Positions 61,690 to 64,000 of a stretch of 64,000 nucleotides of DNA are shown one piece after another. Numbering within the stretch: the stretch's first letter is position 1; every line of letters starts with the position of its first letter. Source of the stretch: Eledone cirrhosa (Eukaryota); the NCBI GenBank assembly GCA_964016885.1, contig OZ024756.1, positions 13,082,001-13,146,000 on the forward strand, written 5' to 3'. Under the pieces are notes generated by a model. It was not told the DNA's origin, did no database searches, and saw only the letters and a program-made list of their open reading frames with translations. The position numbers were made by a program, and so were the translations under genes.

Positions 61690-64000
61690 ATAGCGTGGTG
61701 TATATAGCAGAGTGGTGTATATATAGCAGAGTGGTGTGTATATGGCATAGTGGTGTATATATAGCAGAGTGGTGTGTATATAGCAGAGTGGTGTATATAT
61801 AGCAGAGTGGTGTGTATATAGCAGAGTGGTGTATATATAGCAGAGAGGTGTATATGGCATAGTGGTGTATATATAGCAGAGTGGTGTGTATATAGCAGAG
61901 TGGTGTATATATAGCAGAGTGGTGTGTATATGGCATAGTGGTGTATATATAGCAGAGAGGTGTGTATATAGCAGAGAGGTGTATATATAGCAGAGAGGTG
62001 TATATATAGCAGAGTGGTGTGTATATGGCATAGTGGTGTATATATAGCAGTGGTGTGTATATGGCATAGTGGTGTACACATAGCAGAGTGGTGTGTATAT
62101 AGCAGAGTGGTGTGTATATATAGCAGAGTGGTGTGTATATATAGCAGAGTGGTGTATATATATAGCAGAGTGGTGTGTATATATATATAGCTGAATGGTG
62201 TGTATATATAGCAGAGTGGTGTATATATATAGCAGAGTGGTGTATATATATAGCAGAGTGGTGTATATATATAGCAGAGTGGTGTGTATATATATATAGC
62301 TGAATGGTGTGTATATATAGCAGAGTGGTGTGTATATATATATAGCAGAGTGGTGTGTATATATAGCAGAGTGGTGTGTATATATAGCAGAGTGGTGTAT
62401 ATATATAGCAGAGTGGTGTGTATATATATATAGCTGAATGGTGTGTATATATAGCAGAGTGGTGTATATATATAGCAGAGTGGTGTATATATATAGCAGA
62501 GTGGTGTATATATATAGCAGAGTGGTGTGTATATATATATAGCTGAATGGTGTGTATATATAGCAGAGTGGTGTGTATATATATATAGCAGAGTGGTGTG
62601 TATATATAGCAGAGTGGTGTGTATATAGCAGAGTGGTGTGTATATAGCAGAGAGGTGTGTATATAGCAGAGAGGTGTGTATATAGCAGAGTGGTGTGTAT
62701 ATAGTAGAGTGGTGTATATATAGCAGAGAGGTGTGTATATAGCAGAAGGGTGTGTATATAGCAGAGTGGTGTGTATATAGCAGAGTGGTGTGTATATGGC
62801 ATAGTGGTGTGTATATATAGCAGAGTGGTGTGTATATAGCAGAGTGGTGTGTATATATAGCAGAGAGGTTTATATATATATAGCAGAGAGGTTTATATAT
62901 ATATAGCAGAGTGGTGTATATATATATAGCAGAGTGGTGTATATATATATATATATATATAGCAGAGTGGTGTATATATATATATATATATATATAGCAG
63001 AGTGGTGTATATATATAGCAGAGTGGTGTATATATATAGCAGAGAGGTGTATATATATAGCAGAATGGTGTATATATATATATAGCAGAGTGGTGTATAT
63101 ATATAGCAGAATGGTGTATATATATATATAGCTGAGTGGTGTGTATATATAGCAGAGTGGTGTGTATATATATAGCAGAGTGGTGTATATATATAGCAGA
63201 GTGGTGTATATATATAGCAGAGTGGTGTGTATATAACAGAGTGGTGTATATATATATAACAGAGTGGTGTATATATATATATAGCAGAGTGGGGTATATA
63301 TATAGCAGAGTGGGGTATATATATATAGCAGAGTGGGGTATATATATATAGCAGAGTGGGGTATATATATATAGCAGAGTGGTGTATATATAGCAGAGTG
63401 GGGTATATATATATAGCAGAGTGGGGTATATATATATAGCAGAGTGGTGTATATATAGCAGAGAGGTGTATATATAGCAGAGAGGTGTATATAGCAGAGA
63501 GGTGTGTGTATATAGCAGAGAGGTTTGTATATAGCAGAGTGGTGTGTATGTATATAGAAGTGAGATGTGTGTGTGTGTGTATATAGCAATGAATGTATGT
63601 ATGTGTATATACCAGTGAAGTGTATGTATGTGTATATAGCAGTGAAGTGTATGTGTGTGTATATAGCAGTGAAGTGTGTGTGTATAGCAGTGAAGTGTAT
63701 GTGTATATAGCAGTGAAGTATGTGGGTGTGTGTATAGCAGTGAAGTGTATGTGTATAGCAGTGAAGTATGTGTGTATATAGCAGTGAAATGTGCGTGTGT
63801 GTATAGCAGTGAAGTATGTATGTGTGTGTGTATATAGCAGTGAAGTATGTATGTGTGTGTATAGCAGTGAAGTGTATGTGTATATAGCAGTGAAGTGTGT
63901 GTGTGTGTGTATTGCAGTGAAGTGCATGTGTGTGTGTATAGCAGTGAAGTGTATGTGTGTGTGTATTTAGCAGTGAAGTGTATGTGTGTGTATAGCAGTG
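61690..64000. repeat. Minisatellite with ~20-25-bp unit (TA)n-GCAGAGTGGTG, changing to TATAGCAGTGAAGTG(TA/TG)n after ~63590
   Basis: Visible tandem array running to the end of the window. Confidence 0.95.

Noticed and set aside
61624-63927. Long Tyr/Ile/His-rich minus-strand ORFs
   Set aside because: Minisatellite translation artefacts.

Overview
AT-rich, repeat-dense animal genomic DNA, most likely a cephalopod (Octopus-like); this is inferred from the tRNA-derived SINE families, RTE/CR1 LINEs and very high microsatellite load. The only securely identified gene is the 5' part of the signal recognition particle receptor alpha subunit (SRPRA) on the + strand. It has 8 coding exons from 24080 to 61549, all joined by GT-AG junctions in consistent phase, and the NG GTPase exons lie beyond the window. 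Its introns are filled with minisatellites, a ~15-kb macrosatellite with higher-order structure (36.1-51.3 kb), SINEs, RTE LINE fragments, a TTAA-flanked piggyBac-type MITE family, hAT MITEs and a mariner remnant. Upstream are a probable bidirectional promoter, a GC-rich and possibly structured minus-strand segment (23.2-23.6 kb), a decayed hATm-like transposon, RTE and CR1 LINE fragments, and a candidate first exon of an unidentified minus-strand gene (MDSLDQALES, 10926-10957) preceded by six copies of a conserved 13-mer. Most ORFs in the supplied track are artefacts of repeats. I found no convincingly novel multi-gene system. The best leads are repeat-borne decoy splice acceptors that could truncate SRPRA after the SRX domain, intronic hairpins (one with a Penelope-type hammerhead core), the 13-mer array and the divergent GC-rich segment.
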